Part shown: piece by piece, positions 1 through 9,069 of the stretch
Numbering within the stretch: position 1 is the stretch's first letter
How the letters are laid out: each line of letters starts with the position of its first letter
From: Candidatus Saccharimonadota bacterium
GTDB taxonomy: Bacteria > Patescibacteriota > Saccharimonadia > Saccharimonadales > OFTM59
Length of the DNA stretch: 64,000 nt
Assembly (NCBI GenBank): GCA_029260855.1
Contig: JAJDCK010000014.1
Coordinates: 6,018 to 70,017, forward strand
Reading direction: 5' to 3'
Position numbers and translations under genes: made by a program
Notes under the pieces: generated by a model
What the model saw: the letters and a program-made list of their open reading frames with translations, nothing else
Database searches by the model: none
Told to the model about the DNA's origin: nothing

Positions 1-567
1 GTGTAGTATCCTTCTATTCTCATATCTCTTGCCGGAACAGGTCATGACCAAAAAAGTGTTGGGTAAAAACCTCTGAGTCGCGGCGTATGCTGAGGGTTCG
101 ACTATTTCGTCGTTAACATATTTGAATAGATATGTTTTGCCCTCGCCGGTCTCTATGATAAGCACTTCATTCTCAGCCACACCGCTCAATGGCTTAAAGA
201 CAGACTCAATATTGTGACCGTATACCAGGGGTGTTTTGGCGCTATTCATCCAGAATGCATTTTTTTTGTCTAGTGTCCATTTGCCACTGTTGGTGTCATA
301 AAAGCCTTGCTTAACTTCCTTCTCAAGTTTTAGCCGAGGCAGACTAAGACGCACGGGATCTTCTAGTCGTAGGTCGCTATTCTGTTTTGCGCCCTGCCAG
401 ACCTCGGCTAATCTTTGCGAGTTAATACTTTTCCCCTCAAAGCGTTTATGTGCCGCAGCTAGATCAGGAATTAAAAAATATGCAGACCCGGAAACAAGTA
501 AAAACAGAGCAAATATTGTTATAATACTTGCTCTGTTCTGCCATACTTTGACGCGTAATCTTTTCAT
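1..567 (-). CDS. Sortase (3' end runs off the window; absent from ORF track)
   Basis: Translated by hand from ATG at 567: MKRLRVKVWQNRASIITIFALFLLV... N-terminal TM anchor, PVRLSLPRL, YGHN (catalytic His), FLVMTCSG (TLxTC-like Cys), NRR (Arg). Open to position 1. Confidence 0.88.
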   Translation of the reverse strand, partial: MKRLRVKVWQNRASIITIFALFLLVSGSAYFLIPDLAAAHKRFEGKSINSQRLAEVWQGAKQNSDLRLEDPVRLSLPRLKLEKEVKQGFYDTNSGKWTLDKKNAFWMNSAKTPLVYGHNIESVFKPLSGVAENEVLIIETGEGKTYLFKYVNDEIVEPSAYAATQRFLPNTFLVMTCSGKRYENRRILH

Positions 568-602
568 GTGTATAGCTCGTTTAGTCTAAATAGTAATAGA
601 AA

Positions 603-788
603 CTATCGTGAGACGCGGCGTGCGATCCGAACCGCCAACTGGCTTGTTAAAGCTAGAATGCCGATGGTTATAGCTGAGTAAGCTAGGATAGTACCTAGTG
701 TGTTCCCTGCCGTGTTAGGTAGTAATACTATGCCACTGCCAGCAGTTGTTGTTGCTGCCAAAACTTGTCCTACATCACTTGAATACAT
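603..788 (-). CDS. 61-aa LPXTG-like (LPNTA) sortase substrate: sorting motif, TM helix, basic tail
   Basis: LPNTAG, then hydrophobic TILAYSAITIGILALTSQLAV, then RIARRVSR. AAGGAG SD upstream. Directly upstream of the sortase on the same strand. Confidence 0.75.
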   Translation of the reverse strand: MYSSDVGQVLAATTTAGSGIVLLPNTAGNTLGTILAYSAITIGILALTSQLAVRIARRVSR

Positions 789-804
789 ACCTACTCCTTT
801 TAAT

Positions 805-888
805 AAAAAAGCTCCGCGTGTTAGTGCGCGGAACTCTCTTAATATTGATTTACTTCTGTACTTTATCAGTAAAGCGCGGATAGGTCAA
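805..888 (-). promoter_or_regulatory. Sigma70-type promoter plus terminator-like 5' UTR hairpin for the LPNTA-sortase unit
   Basis: TTGACC (888-883), 17 bp, TAAAGT (865-860). Hairpin AGTTCCGCGC-ACTA-ACACGCGGAGC followed by T6, before the SD. Confidence 0.5.
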
Positions 889-1028
889 CATTATTTTAGA
901 ATAATCAAATTGATGATGGCAGAAATCATTTGTGTAGATTGGCTGGTAGACAGCCCGCCTCTTGCGTGCAGACAATATGCGTACAATCATTAAGCGAGGT
1001 ATTTTAAATAGCAGCCCGAGCTAAGTTA

Positions 1029-1373
1029 TTAATTTGAAATTTCGGCAAAGCGGAAGCGGATAATTGCTTGAAGCATCGGTTCGGGGATGGGGTTGTTCTC
1101 TGTAAACTGTAACGTGCCTTTGCCCGTCCGGAACTCAGCTAGCGGCCCGCCGATTACTTTTATCATTCTATCCGACGCAGGATGTATGCTCATATGATCT
1201 TTGTAGGCGGCGTAGTATATCAATGCTCGCTTGTTGTGCTTGAATGTAGGTATACCGTAGCTTATGACCTCTTCGGCATCTGGGACTAAGTGTTTGACGG
1301 CTTGCCTAATCTTCTCAAGCTCGATTCTTTGTGTCGGGCTAGCTCTATTAAGGTAGTCATCAATATCAGTCAT
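1029..1373 (-). CDS. DUF1801/YdhG-like (frataxin-like fold) protein
   Basis: IDDYL...PDAEEVISYGIPTF...YYAAYKDHMSIHP...GKGTLQF pattern. Confidence 0.85.
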   Translation of the reverse strand: MTDIDDYLNRASPTQRIELEKIRQAVKHLVPDAEEVISYGIPTFKHNKRALIYYAAYKDHMSIHPASDRMIKVIGGPLAEFRTGKGTLQFTENNPIPEPMLQAIIRFRFAEISN

Positions 1374-1385
1374 CTAGATAGTTTA

Positions 1386-1847
1386 TTATAAATCGGCGAT
1401 TATGATTTTTTTCATATCCATCATCCTCGCAAAAGCGCCGGGCTTTTTGATAAGGTCGTCCATATTCTGGGGTGTTATCTGCCAGCTTAAGCCATACTTG
1501 TCCTTGAGCCAGCCGCATTGTTCGGCCTCTGGTACAGCTGAAAGTTTACCCCATAAATTATCAATTTCAGTTTGATCCTCACAGGCAATCAGAAACGACA
1601 CGGCTTCTGTGAATTTGAACTCCGGCCCGGCGTTGATAGCTGTAAAACGCTGTCCGGCCAGCTCAAAGTCAATTGTCAGCACTTTGCCGGCAAGTTCTTG
1701 TTGAAAATCGGCCAGGCCCTCTTCGGCGCTCTTCGGATAGTGCGTCGTGTCAATAATTTTGCCGTCCGGAAACACCGAAACATAAAAGTCTACGGCTGCC
1801 TGAGCGTTATGATCAAACCATAAATTAGGTGTTATTTTTTGATGCAT
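1386..1847 (-). CDS. VOC family PhnB-like protein (3-demethylubiquinone-9 3-methyltransferase-like family)
   Basis: KITPNLWFD, AINAGPEFKFTEAVSF, EQCGWLKDKYGLSWQI motifs. Confidence 0.9.
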   Translation of the reverse strand: MHQKITPNLWFDHNAQAAVDFYVSVFPDGKIIDTTHYPKSAEEGLADFQQELAGKVLTIDFELAGQRFTAINAGPEFKFTEAVSFLIACEDQTEIDNLWGKLSAVPEAEQCGWLKDKYGLSWQITPQNMDDLIKKPGAFARMMDMKKIIIADL

Positions 1848-1868
1848 GGCGACCCCCGTAATTAATTA

Positions 1869-2069
1869 TTAAAGCCTAGACTGTGGTTTGTCGCTCAGAT
1901 ACTTGCGGGCAACACTAAGGGCAAACGAAGGCAGAATCACAAAAACATCCACCATAAGGAGTTTTGAAAGCAGTGCATTGTCATCGGGTTGCGTAAGAAC
2001 GACTAATATCCCTAAAACACCAAAGATGACGGAAGCACACACAAACACTCGTGTTGCGATTCTTTGCAT
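1869..2069 (-). CDS. Small two-TM membrane protein
   Basis: Two hydrophobic segments. TG-n-TATACT 6 nt before the ATG. Confidence 0.65.
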   Translation of the reverse strand: MQRIATRVFVCASVIFGVLGILVVLTQPDDNALLSKLLMVDVFVILPSFALSVARKYLSDKPQSRL

Positions 2070-2109
2070 AGCTTAAGTATATCAAAAGGTAGCAATAATT
2101 TTTGTTGTC

Positions 2110-2361
2110 CTACCTACCGCGATGAGGGCAGCCGGCCCAGCAGCATGGGCGCCGCTTTCCTTCTCGCAGCTCAGTAGCGACTCGCTTGATATGGTTTGCT
2201 CTGGTCTCTTGCTGCTTGACAGAAATAACCCAACAAATCCATTCATTACGCGCCAGTGGTGTTAAGTCTTCCCATCGTTCCAAGCTAGATTGATCAGACT
2301 TGAGGGCTTTTGCCAAATCTGTCGGTACTGCGTGTACTACGCCACCAGTAATTGTCGTCAT
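2110..2361 (-). CDS. YdeI/OmpD-associated family protein
   Basis: VPTDLAKAL...WEDLTPLARNEWICWVISVKQQETR...RRPCCWAGCPHR. Start moved to ATG 2361, which has TAGAAT 7 nt upstream. Confidence 0.85.
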   Translation of the reverse strand: MTTITGGVVHAVPTDLAKALKSDQSSLERWEDLTPLARNEWICWVISVKQQETRANHIKRVATELREGKRRPCCWAGCPHRGR

Positions 2362-2524
2362 ATGATCTATTCTACAACAAATCGCTGCAGAGGTATGATG
2401 ACCGAAAGACTTTTCGCGGTTAATACCAGACGTACAGTTGCCCACTATACGGCAGGCAATACCTTCACCAAACTATCTACATATTTCGCGTGCACACACC
2501 TGTGTTAAAATCAAAGTTAGTTTT

Positions 2525-2878
2525 ATGGCAAAACCTCGGATCTACACCACAAGCTTCGCAAGTGTCTACCCGTATTATGTTGCAAAGGTGGTAAAAAAGG
2601 GGCGCACAAAACAAGACTTGGATGAAATTATCCGCTGGCTAAGTGGCTATAGCCAGAAGGAGCTAGAAGCGCAACAAAAAAAGCAAACGGATTTTGAAAC
2701 CTTTTTTTCGGAAGCCCCAAAAATGAACCCTTCACGAGCCTTGATTACGGGTGTCATCTGCGGAGTCCGAGTTGAAGAGATCAACGAACCAACGATGCGC
2801 GAAATTCGGTACCTGGACAAACTGGTTGACGAGCTGGCACGAGGAAAAGCCATGACGAAAATTTTGCGCAAGCGATAA
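2525..2878 (+). CDS. DUF2200 family protein
   Basis: [24 protein letters not shown]...[13 protein letters not shown]...[15 protein letters not shown]. Start moved to ATG 2525. Confidence 0.9.
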   Translation: MAKPRIYTTSFASVYPYYVAKVVKKGRTKQDLDEIIRWLSGYSQKELEAQQKKQTDFETFFSEAPKMNPSRALITGVICGVRVEEINEPTMREIRYLDKLVDELARGKAMTKILRKR

Positions 2879-2981
2879 ACCGAGCTCTCAGCCGGGTTGG
2901 GTCTGGTGAACCCGTTCGTAAGAAAACACTTCGCTAAAATTATGATTCTGGCCGTGTACGATAAGGCTAAAGTAAACTGGG

Positions 2982-3407
2982 CTACTTCTTTAATTGCATG
3001 TGCGCTTTATCGACCAGCTTAAGTAGCTCGTCGATATTGACGTCAGATAACTTCTTAAAGCTGATACTAGAGCTGCCCAATTTCACCTTGCCGAGTAAGG
3101 CTCCATATTTCTTAACAAGGTATTGACCATCTTCGCTCGCGCTTATATAAACACTAATATAATTTTTTTGTAACGTCAGGCCGACAGCAAACCATTCGAC
3201 CACCTTTTTGTCTGAACGAACATAGACAAGATCGCCAAAGCCAATTATTGACTGTTTGCTACCGCCCCAGAATACGCCCTCCCAGAGCTTCGGGGTAACA
3301 CTGGGCATGTGCTTAGAAATCTGATCATATAGATTGCCAACATCGGCGCGAGCAATGTCATCAAGCGAGGCAAGATAATCAGTGACGGTGCGATCTGTAA
3401 CATTCAT
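2982..3407 (-). CDS. DUF1801 domain protein
   Basis: VTDYLASL, PKLW, IIGFG, KNYISVYI, LGKVKLGSSSISFKKLSDVNIDEL. Confidence 0.8.
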   Translation of the reverse strand: MNVTDRTVTDYLASLDDIARADVGNLYDQISKHMPSVTPKLWEGVFWGGSKQSIIGFGDLVYVRSDKKVVEWFAVGLTLQKNYISVYISASEDGQYLVKKYGALLGKVKLGSSSISFKKLSDVNIDELLKLVDKAHMQLKK

Positions 3408-3525
3408 AATTTTATTATAGCTTATACAGCAAGTGATGTTGTCAGTACTCGTGCCTCACAACGCAGCATTTGTCCCCCGTTGATTGTCCGATCAGACGGT
3501 CGGGTAATAATGAAGGATTCTTTTG

Positions 3526-3942
3526 CTAAGACTCTGGGCTGAAGTCGGGGTTCATCCACACCGGTTCCCACTGGTTGCCGTCGGGGTCAAGCACTTCGTA
3601 TCCGAACATCATTTCTTCGGGCACGCTATAGTCAGCTTTGAAATAATCTCCACCGTTTTGTTTTGCGGTATCGGCGAAGTTTTGAACCTCTTCTTTTGAG
3701 TCGAGCGTTAAGGCTAGTAAGACTGCGCTAGTTTGGACGGTGTCGCTAATGTCCTTCCCTTTCAAAAAATTTTTGTAAAAGTCGTGTTTTAGTAACATTA
3801 CTACTATTTCATTTGACCACATCAACGCGCTGGCATTTTCGTCAGAAAAATCGGAATTTTTTGTAAAACCTAGAGCTGAATAAAACTTAGTTGACTTGTC
3901 CAGATTCTTTACCGGCAAGTTAATATAAATCTGCTTTGACAT
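3526..3942 (-). CDS. VOC/glyoxalase-bleomycin resistance family protein
   Basis: IYINLPVKNLDKSTKFYSALGF...DPDGNQWE. Confidence 0.9.
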   Translation of the reverse strand: MSKQIYINLPVKNLDKSTKFYSALGFTKNSDFSDENASALMWSNEIVVMLLKHDFYKNFLKGKDISDTVQTSAVLLALTLDSKEEVQNFADTAKQNGGDYFKADYSVPEEMMFGYEVLDPDGNQWEPVWMNPDFSPES

Positions 3943-3995
3943 AACCCACTCCTTAATTACGAAGGTATTATCTCACACCCAGTAATTCATTTCTG

Positions 3996-4760
3996 CTAAA
4001 CGAGCGTAGCAGCAAATATTTGCCAGGCAAGCAAGGACTTAGCCACAAAACTCAGGATGATATAGGCTTTCTCGCCCCTTAGATAATTAGCCCATTTGCC
4101 TTTTGCTCTATATTGCTTGTATTGAACAAGGGCGAAACAATTAAAAAACACAAACAATGAAACAACAATGCCGTATACGAACCCCGGTGCGGAGGCCCCC
4201 GCAGGGCCACTTGGTGTCAGTAGCTGAATCAAGATGATGATCCAGGGGATGCTCCCTGCAATACAGCCAAATATAAACGGTAGCCATTGGCCGTCGCCGG
4301 GCTGCGCGTACTTTTCCTGAAGCCAGCCAAATAAGATCATTGATACATTAACGCCAAATATCGCCAACAAAGCAGCATAATCGCTTATACCATTCAGCTG
4401 CGCGATCAGGAAAATCATAACCGAAGAACTAAGCGAATACTCTACCCAGCGGAATACATTACGACTATGCTTTAAGCCTGTGGAATATTTAGGAAAGAAT
4501 TTTTTTGACGACACAAGAAAATGGAAAAACGCCGATAGCCCCAAAAACAAAGCTATTGTGTAGCTAACATTATTGCTAAAAAGCAATATTGGGCTTGTAA
4601 AAGTTGAACCCGGAGGGCCCGTCATATATGTTGCAGTAACCGGCAGTGCGAAATTGTTAGAAAGTGCCAAAACTGCAACCAACGATGCTAGGTGTAATAA
4701 CCCTGCTGAGATGTTCCACATCTTCAACGGTTGAATGTGTGAACTGGTCAGTTTACTCAT
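3996..4760 (-). CDS. Heliorhodopsin
   Basis: Seven TM helices; His in LLHLAS and FFHFL; NVFRWVEYSLSSSVMI; retinal-binding Lys in AYIILSFVAKSLLAWQIF. Start moved to ATG 4760. Confidence 0.93.
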   Translation of the reverse strand: MSKLTSSHIQPLKMWNISAGLLHLASLVAVLALSNNFALPVTATYMTGPPGSTFTSPILLFSNNVSYTIALFLGLSAFFHFLVSSKKFFPKYSTGLKHSRNVFRWVEYSLSSSVMIFLIAQLNGISDYAALLAIFGVNVSMILFGWLQEKYAQPGDGQWLPFIFGCIAGSIPWIIILIQLLTPSGPAGASAPGFVYGIVVSLFVFFNCFALVQYKQYRAKGKWANYLRGEKAYIILSFVAKSLLAWQIFAATLV

Positions 4761-5014
4761 TCTTGAATAATAGCACAAAGCGGCCATAAGCGGGGTTAAG
4801 TACGCTATTGGCTCCTAGTTGAGAGCTACATTTTCCGCAACAGACGCTAAGAGCATGGGTCAGCCAAACTTCGGCCCTTAGTGCAAAGCCCGCTAAGTTA
4901 TTTTTGTTCCGCACAAAACAACCTTGCTGTTCAAAAGAGAGAGCTAGTATAATATGTAAATTATAATATATATGTATAAGGCTTTTTGACCCTACAATAC
5001 TTACACCGGAGGCT

Positions 5015-5695
5015 TTGGCAGCGCAGCTTGAAACAATGCATGCGCAGCAAGCGACACTCATCGGTTCACTCGGGAGAGCGGTACTCTACCATTTGCACGC
5101 AGCGGATCCAGAACACAAGTTTGGTATTCTAGGTCAACGAGCAGAACGAGCAGGCGCTAAGGCCCGCGACATAGACTTCTTAGGCACGCCAGAAGAAGCC
5201 GGGCAATATACGGGGGAGGCATTTGATGTGGATCCTTGTGTACATGATGAATTTGTTCAGCTAGTAAGAGATCGTGGCGACTGGCTGCTAACCTCGCCAA
5301 GAAAAGGATTTTGTGAACCTATTAGACCAGAGGTTATGGAGCCAATAAGTGGGGAGACAGTCCTCGGCGTCTCCGCTCAGACACTCCCACCTCAAACCCA
5401 TATTGCCTTATATGGCTTAAAAGGTTTGTTACGGCCAAAGGACAGGCTTACCTTGGTGCCGTTACAGGAGCTTGTGTCTCAACTCAATTCACAGGATCGT
5501 CTCCCAGAGGATATGTTTCAGCCCTTTCAGTCGTTGCGCAGGCTGAATCAACAGGATCCATATATTCGGTTACTAAGGGCATATACTGCAGTAGTCCCAG
5601 ACTTTGTTAGGGCACGAGTCCACCCGCTTGAAAGAGCTCTAAAGGGGCTATTGTTGCCTGCGCTGACAAAGAAAAACCCTAATGCGGTGTTTTGA
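5015..5695 (+). CDS. Hypothetical protein (start uncertain)
   Basis: Long ORF with TATAAT elements upstream. No recognisable motif. Confidence 0.6.
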   Translation: MAAQLETMHAQQATLIGSLGRAVLYHLHAADPEHKFGILGQRAERAGAKARDIDFLGTPEEAGQYTGEAFDVDPCVHDEFVQLVRDRGDWLLTSPRKGFCEPIRPEVMEPISGETVLGVSAQTLPPQTHIALYGLKGLLRPKDRLTLVPLQELVSQLNSQDRLPEDMFQPFQSLRRLNQQDPYIRLLRAYTAVVPDFVRARVHPLERALKGLLLPALTKKNPNAVF

Positions 5696-5964
5696 CAGCT
5701 AAACTATCTCAGTGTCGCTGTCACACTCACCCAATAGTCTTCCTAGGCGTAGGCGGACCGACCTTATTCTTTCAGACCATCAACTTATCCGGGCTACTGG
5801 TATCGTTATCGCTCGGGTTTACACTCAGCATTCTCTCAAGTTGGGTATGTATCTTTAGTGGTGCTGCAAGACGATTTTATCCGATCGATGCACACAGGCA
5901 CACTAAAGCGCAAAAAGTGTACGGAATCGTAAAGCGGCAGTAATAACTAACAATAGGAGCAGTA

Positions 5965-6492
5965 ATGAAAATACCAATTAAAAAATCACTAATGGTGGCC
6001 GGCGCGGTGTCGGCGCTATCTTTAGGGTCAGTTGCAGGAGTGTCGGCTGCATCGGTGCAGGCTGACGGCGGTAACCGCACAGCAGCTTTGATAGAAAAAA
6101 TTTCATCGAAGTTTAATGTCAATCAAGATGAGGTGAAAGCTGTATTTGATGAACAGCGTGAGGAGAACCAGGCAGCAAGAGATGCGGAACTGAGCACGAA
6201 GCTTGATCAGCTTGTCAGTGAGGGCAAGCTAACGGCTGAGCAAAAGGATGCTATCAGCGAGAAACGAGTAGAGCTAATGGCTGAGCGTGAAGCAAATAAA
6301 GAATCTGGTCAAGATAAGACTGATGAAGCGCGAAAAGCCGAGCATGAAATAAAGAAAGCGGGGCTTGAAACATGGGCCGAAGAAAATGGAATAGATAAAG
6401 AATATCTAGGATTGATTTCAGGTCATGGGGATAGAGGTTTCAGACCCCATCGAGGAGATAAAGGGATGGAACCTAGCCAAGAAGAAAGCTAG
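5965..6492 (+). CDS. Secreted, charged helical protein upstream of a two-component pair
   Basis: Signal peptide ending VSA, helical body, His/Gly-rich C-terminus, AGGAG SD. Confidence 0.8.
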   Translation: MKIPIKKSLMVAGAVSALSLGSVAGVSAASVQADGGNRTAALIEKISSKFNVNQDEVKAVFDEQREENQAARDAELSTKLDQLVSEGKLTAEQKDAISEKRVELMAEREANKESGQDKTDEARKAEHEIKKAGLETWAEENGIDKEYLGLISGHGDRGFRPHRGDKGMEPSQEES

Positions 6493-6515
6493 ACATAGCT
6501 TTCCCTAGAAATCTC

Positions 6516-6547
6516 AAGCTGCCACATGCTAAGTGTGGCAGCTTTTC
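6516..6547 (+). terminator. Intrinsic terminator
   Basis: AAGCTGCCACAT-GCTAA-GTGTGGCAGCTT followed by T residues. Confidence 0.7.
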
Positions 6548-6592
6548 GGTGTTTAAGCTAAATCTCAGTAATTACAAGGTAAAATGAGTGTA

Positions 6593-7273
6593 ATGAGAAT
6601 ATTGGTCGTAGAAGATGAAAAGAAAATTGCAGATGCCCTCAAGCGTGGCTTGGAGAGGCAGTCATTCGCCGTCGACGTCTGCTATGACGGAGATTCAGGC
6701 CTGAGTATGGCGCTGTCTGAGCCGTATGACCTGATGATCCTCGACAGAATGATGCCAGGAGAAGTTGACGGAACAGGAATTTTGAAAGAAGTCCGCAAGA
6801 ATAATATGCACGTCCCGGTGCTTCTACTGACCGCAAAAGATAAAGTTTTGGATAAAGCCGAAGGTCTTAATCTAGGCTCTGATGATTATCTTGTGAAACC
6901 GTTTGCGTTCGCGGAGTTAATCGCCAGAGTTCGGGCTTTGCTCCGCAGACCACAGCGTAGTGTCGGTACGAAGCTGGAGTACGGAGGCTTGGTAGTCGAT
7001 ACAAGCCAGAGTTCGGTTATGCGAAACGGCCAAATTATCGATCTGACCGCAAAAGAGTTTGCGTTACTGGAATATTTTATGAGAAACCCTGATCGAATAC
7101 TGTCAAAAGATACCCTGGTAGCTCAAGTATGGGATTATGATGCTGATATATTACCGAATACCGTAGAGGTCTACATGGGGTACCTTCGCAGCAAGGTCGA
7201 TAAGCCGTTTGGATCGCAAAACCTGATTCACACCAAGCGTGGTTTTGGATATTATTTTGGATACGTGAAGTGA
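6593..7273 (+). CDS. OmpR/PhoB-family response regulator
   Basis: ILVVEDE, ILDRMMP phospho-Asp, DDYLVKPF, winged-helix C-terminus. ATG 6593 lies 7 nt after TAAAAT. Confidence 0.95.
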   Translation: MRILVVEDEKKIADALKRGLERQSFAVDVCYDGDSGLSMALSEPYDLMILDRMMPGEVDGTGILKEVRKNNMHVPVLLLTAKDKVLDKAEGLNLGSDDYLVKPFAFAELIARVRALLRRPQRSVGTKLEYGGLVVDTSQSSVMRNGQIIDLTAKEFALLEYFMRNPDRILSKDTLVAQVWDYDADILPNTVEVYMGYLRSKVDKPFGSQNLIHTKRGFGYYFGYVK

Positions 7274-8289
7274 AATTACACAAAAATTCATTAAAGCTGT
7301 CCCTGGTCTATGTTTCGATTATTATGTTTATTAGTTTATTTTTTAGCATATCGCTCTATCGGTTGTCTATAAATGGTCTAGATCGAGGCCTTCGAAGGTC
7401 GCCTGGCGTCCCCCAGGGTATCAGAAGTCAATTGCCGCAAGAAATCCAAGCCGGGCTTGTCAGCGATCGTGAGCAGGCCTTTGAAGAAGCTCGACAGAAT
7501 ATCCTGTCGCAACTTGTTTCAATCAATTTGATGATTCTAGTGTCTGGCAGCCTATTTAGCTATTATTTGGCACTTCGCACGCTCCGTCCGATTGAAAATG
7601 CCAATCAGAATCTTGAGAATTTTACTGCTGATGCGAGCCATGAGCTGCGCACCCCCCTTGCATCGATGAGGTCCGAGATAGAAGTGGCGCTAAGCGATAG
7701 AAAGTTAAGCTTACCAGAAGCCAAATCATTGTTGTCTAGCAATCTAGAAGAAGTTGAAAAGCTAACAAATCTAACACAAGGTTTGCTGCGCCTAGCCCGG
7801 CTCAAACATAACGAAATTCCGATGGAAGACACATCGATCAGCGAACTTATAGATTCTTCAACCAAGGCCATTGAGAAGTCTGCCAAAGCTAAAAAAATTA
7901 AGCTTGAGATCAAAGCTACTTCAGGCTATGTGTCTTGCGAAAAGTCGAGTATTATTGAAGCTATCATGGCCTTGCTCGACAACGCAGTAAAGCATAGTCC
8001 TGTAGGCTCGCCAGTGGGGGTTGTTGCCACGAAGTCCGGGAGCTCACTGGAGATCGGAATAACAGACAATGGCCCGGGTATACGCCCGTCCGAAATACCA
8101 CATATTTTTGATCGCTTTTACCGATCTGATTTATCAAGGTCAAAAGCAGCAGATGACGGCTACGGTCTAGGGCTAGCTATTGCTAAAGACACAGTAGATG
8201 CTCATGGAGCTAGTCTTTCTGTCCAAAGTGAAGTCGGCAAAGGCAGCACCTTTAAAATAACCTTTCCCAAAAACATGATGAAGTTTTGA
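7270..8289 (+). CDS. Membrane sensor histidine kinase
   Basis: Two TMs, DASHELRTP H-box, LDNAVK, DNGPGI, FDRFYR, GYGLGLAI. Confidence 0.95.
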   Translation: MKLHKNSLKLSLVYVSIIMFISLFFSISLYRLSINGLDRGLRRSPGVPQGIRSQLPQEIQAGLVSDREQAFEEARQNILSQLVSINLMILVSGSLFSYYLALRTLRPIENANQNLENFTADASHELRTPLASMRSEIEVALSDRKLSLPEAKSLLSSNLEEVEKLTNLTQGLLRLARLKHNEIPMEDTSISELIDSSTKAIEKSAKAKKIKLEIKATSGYVSCEKSSIIEAIMALLDNAVKHSPVGSPVGVVATKSGSSLEIGITDNGPGIRPSEIPHIFDRFYRSDLSRSKAADDGYGLGLAIAKDTVDAHGASLSVQSEVGKGSTFKITFPKNMMKF

Positions 8290-8321
8290 TTACTACCGCC
8301 CGCCCCAAAAATTAGAGAATT

Positions 8322-9025
8322 AGGGTCTCACCCCATAGGAATGAGAAATAGTGTATAGTAACCTTGATGCCGGTTCGAAATGTTGTGCGATACCAAGCAG
8401 CTGACACAAACTATCACGTGTATAATCGTGGCCATAATGCTAGCAAGGTTTTTGTAGAAAACGATGATTATTTATACTTCGAATTCCTGCTCCAAAGATG
8501 CTTTGGACCGAAACAGCTAAAAACCAAGGACAATAAGCTATTCCCTTGGTTTGGCGATAAAGTCAGCCTTGTCGCCTTCTGTCTGATGCCCAACCACTTT
8601 CACCTTCTACTTTATCAAGGCGACCATACAACTGCTTTATCGAAAGCAATGCAAAGCCTAGCAACAACTTATTCAATGTACTTCAACAGGAAATACGGGC
8701 GCAGGGGATCTATTTTTGAAAGTGTTTTCAAATCATGTCTTGTCGCTAATGATTCATACCTTTTGCATATTACCCGATACATTCACCTGAATCCGAAAGA
8801 TCACAAACATTGGAGATATTCGAGCTATGGTGACTATATCAACCGCCCCCGTGACTGGGTAAAAACGAATGAAATTCTAACTATGTTCGATAGCAGCAAA
8901 GAATACGAGCAATTTATGGACGACTATAAAGATCTAAAAAATGAAATTGACGACCTAAAGTATCAGCTTGCTGATTACGCAACAACACATTAAACCATAA
9001 ATATAATATTTTGGGGTGAGACCCT
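8322..9025 (+). mobile_element. 704-bp RAYT-like unit bounded by 14-bp perfect inverted repeats
   Basis: AGGGTCTCACCCCA at 8322-8335 and its reverse complement TGGGGTGAGACCCT at 9012-9025 flank a single Y1 HUH transposase ORF. Confidence 0.7.
8367..8993 (+). CDS. REP-associated tyrosine transposase-like HUH endonuclease (IS200-superfamily Y1)
   Basis: YHVYNRGHN, FCLMPNHFHLLL (HUH), YSMYFNRKY, RYIHLNP (catalytic Tyr), WRYSSY. Confidence 0.92.
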   Translation: MPVRNVVRYQAADTNYHVYNRGHNASKVFVENDDYLYFEFLLQRCFGPKQLKTKDNKLFPWFGDKVSLVAFCLMPNHFHLLLYQGDHTTALSKAMQSLATTYSMYFNRKYGRRGSIFESVFKSCLVANDSYLLHITRYIHLNPKDHKHWRYSSYGDYINRPRDWVKTNEILTMFDSSKEYEQFMDDYKDLKNEIDDLKYQLADYATTH

Positions 9026-9069
9026 GTCTCCTGTCTCATGTATTTCGGTGTGAGACCCTGCTCGCTTAA

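Noticed and set aside
3996..4760. Light-driven proton pump feeding the ATP synthase
   Set aside because: The motifs are heliorhodopsin (RWVEY, SFVAK), not a type-1 pumping rhodopsin.
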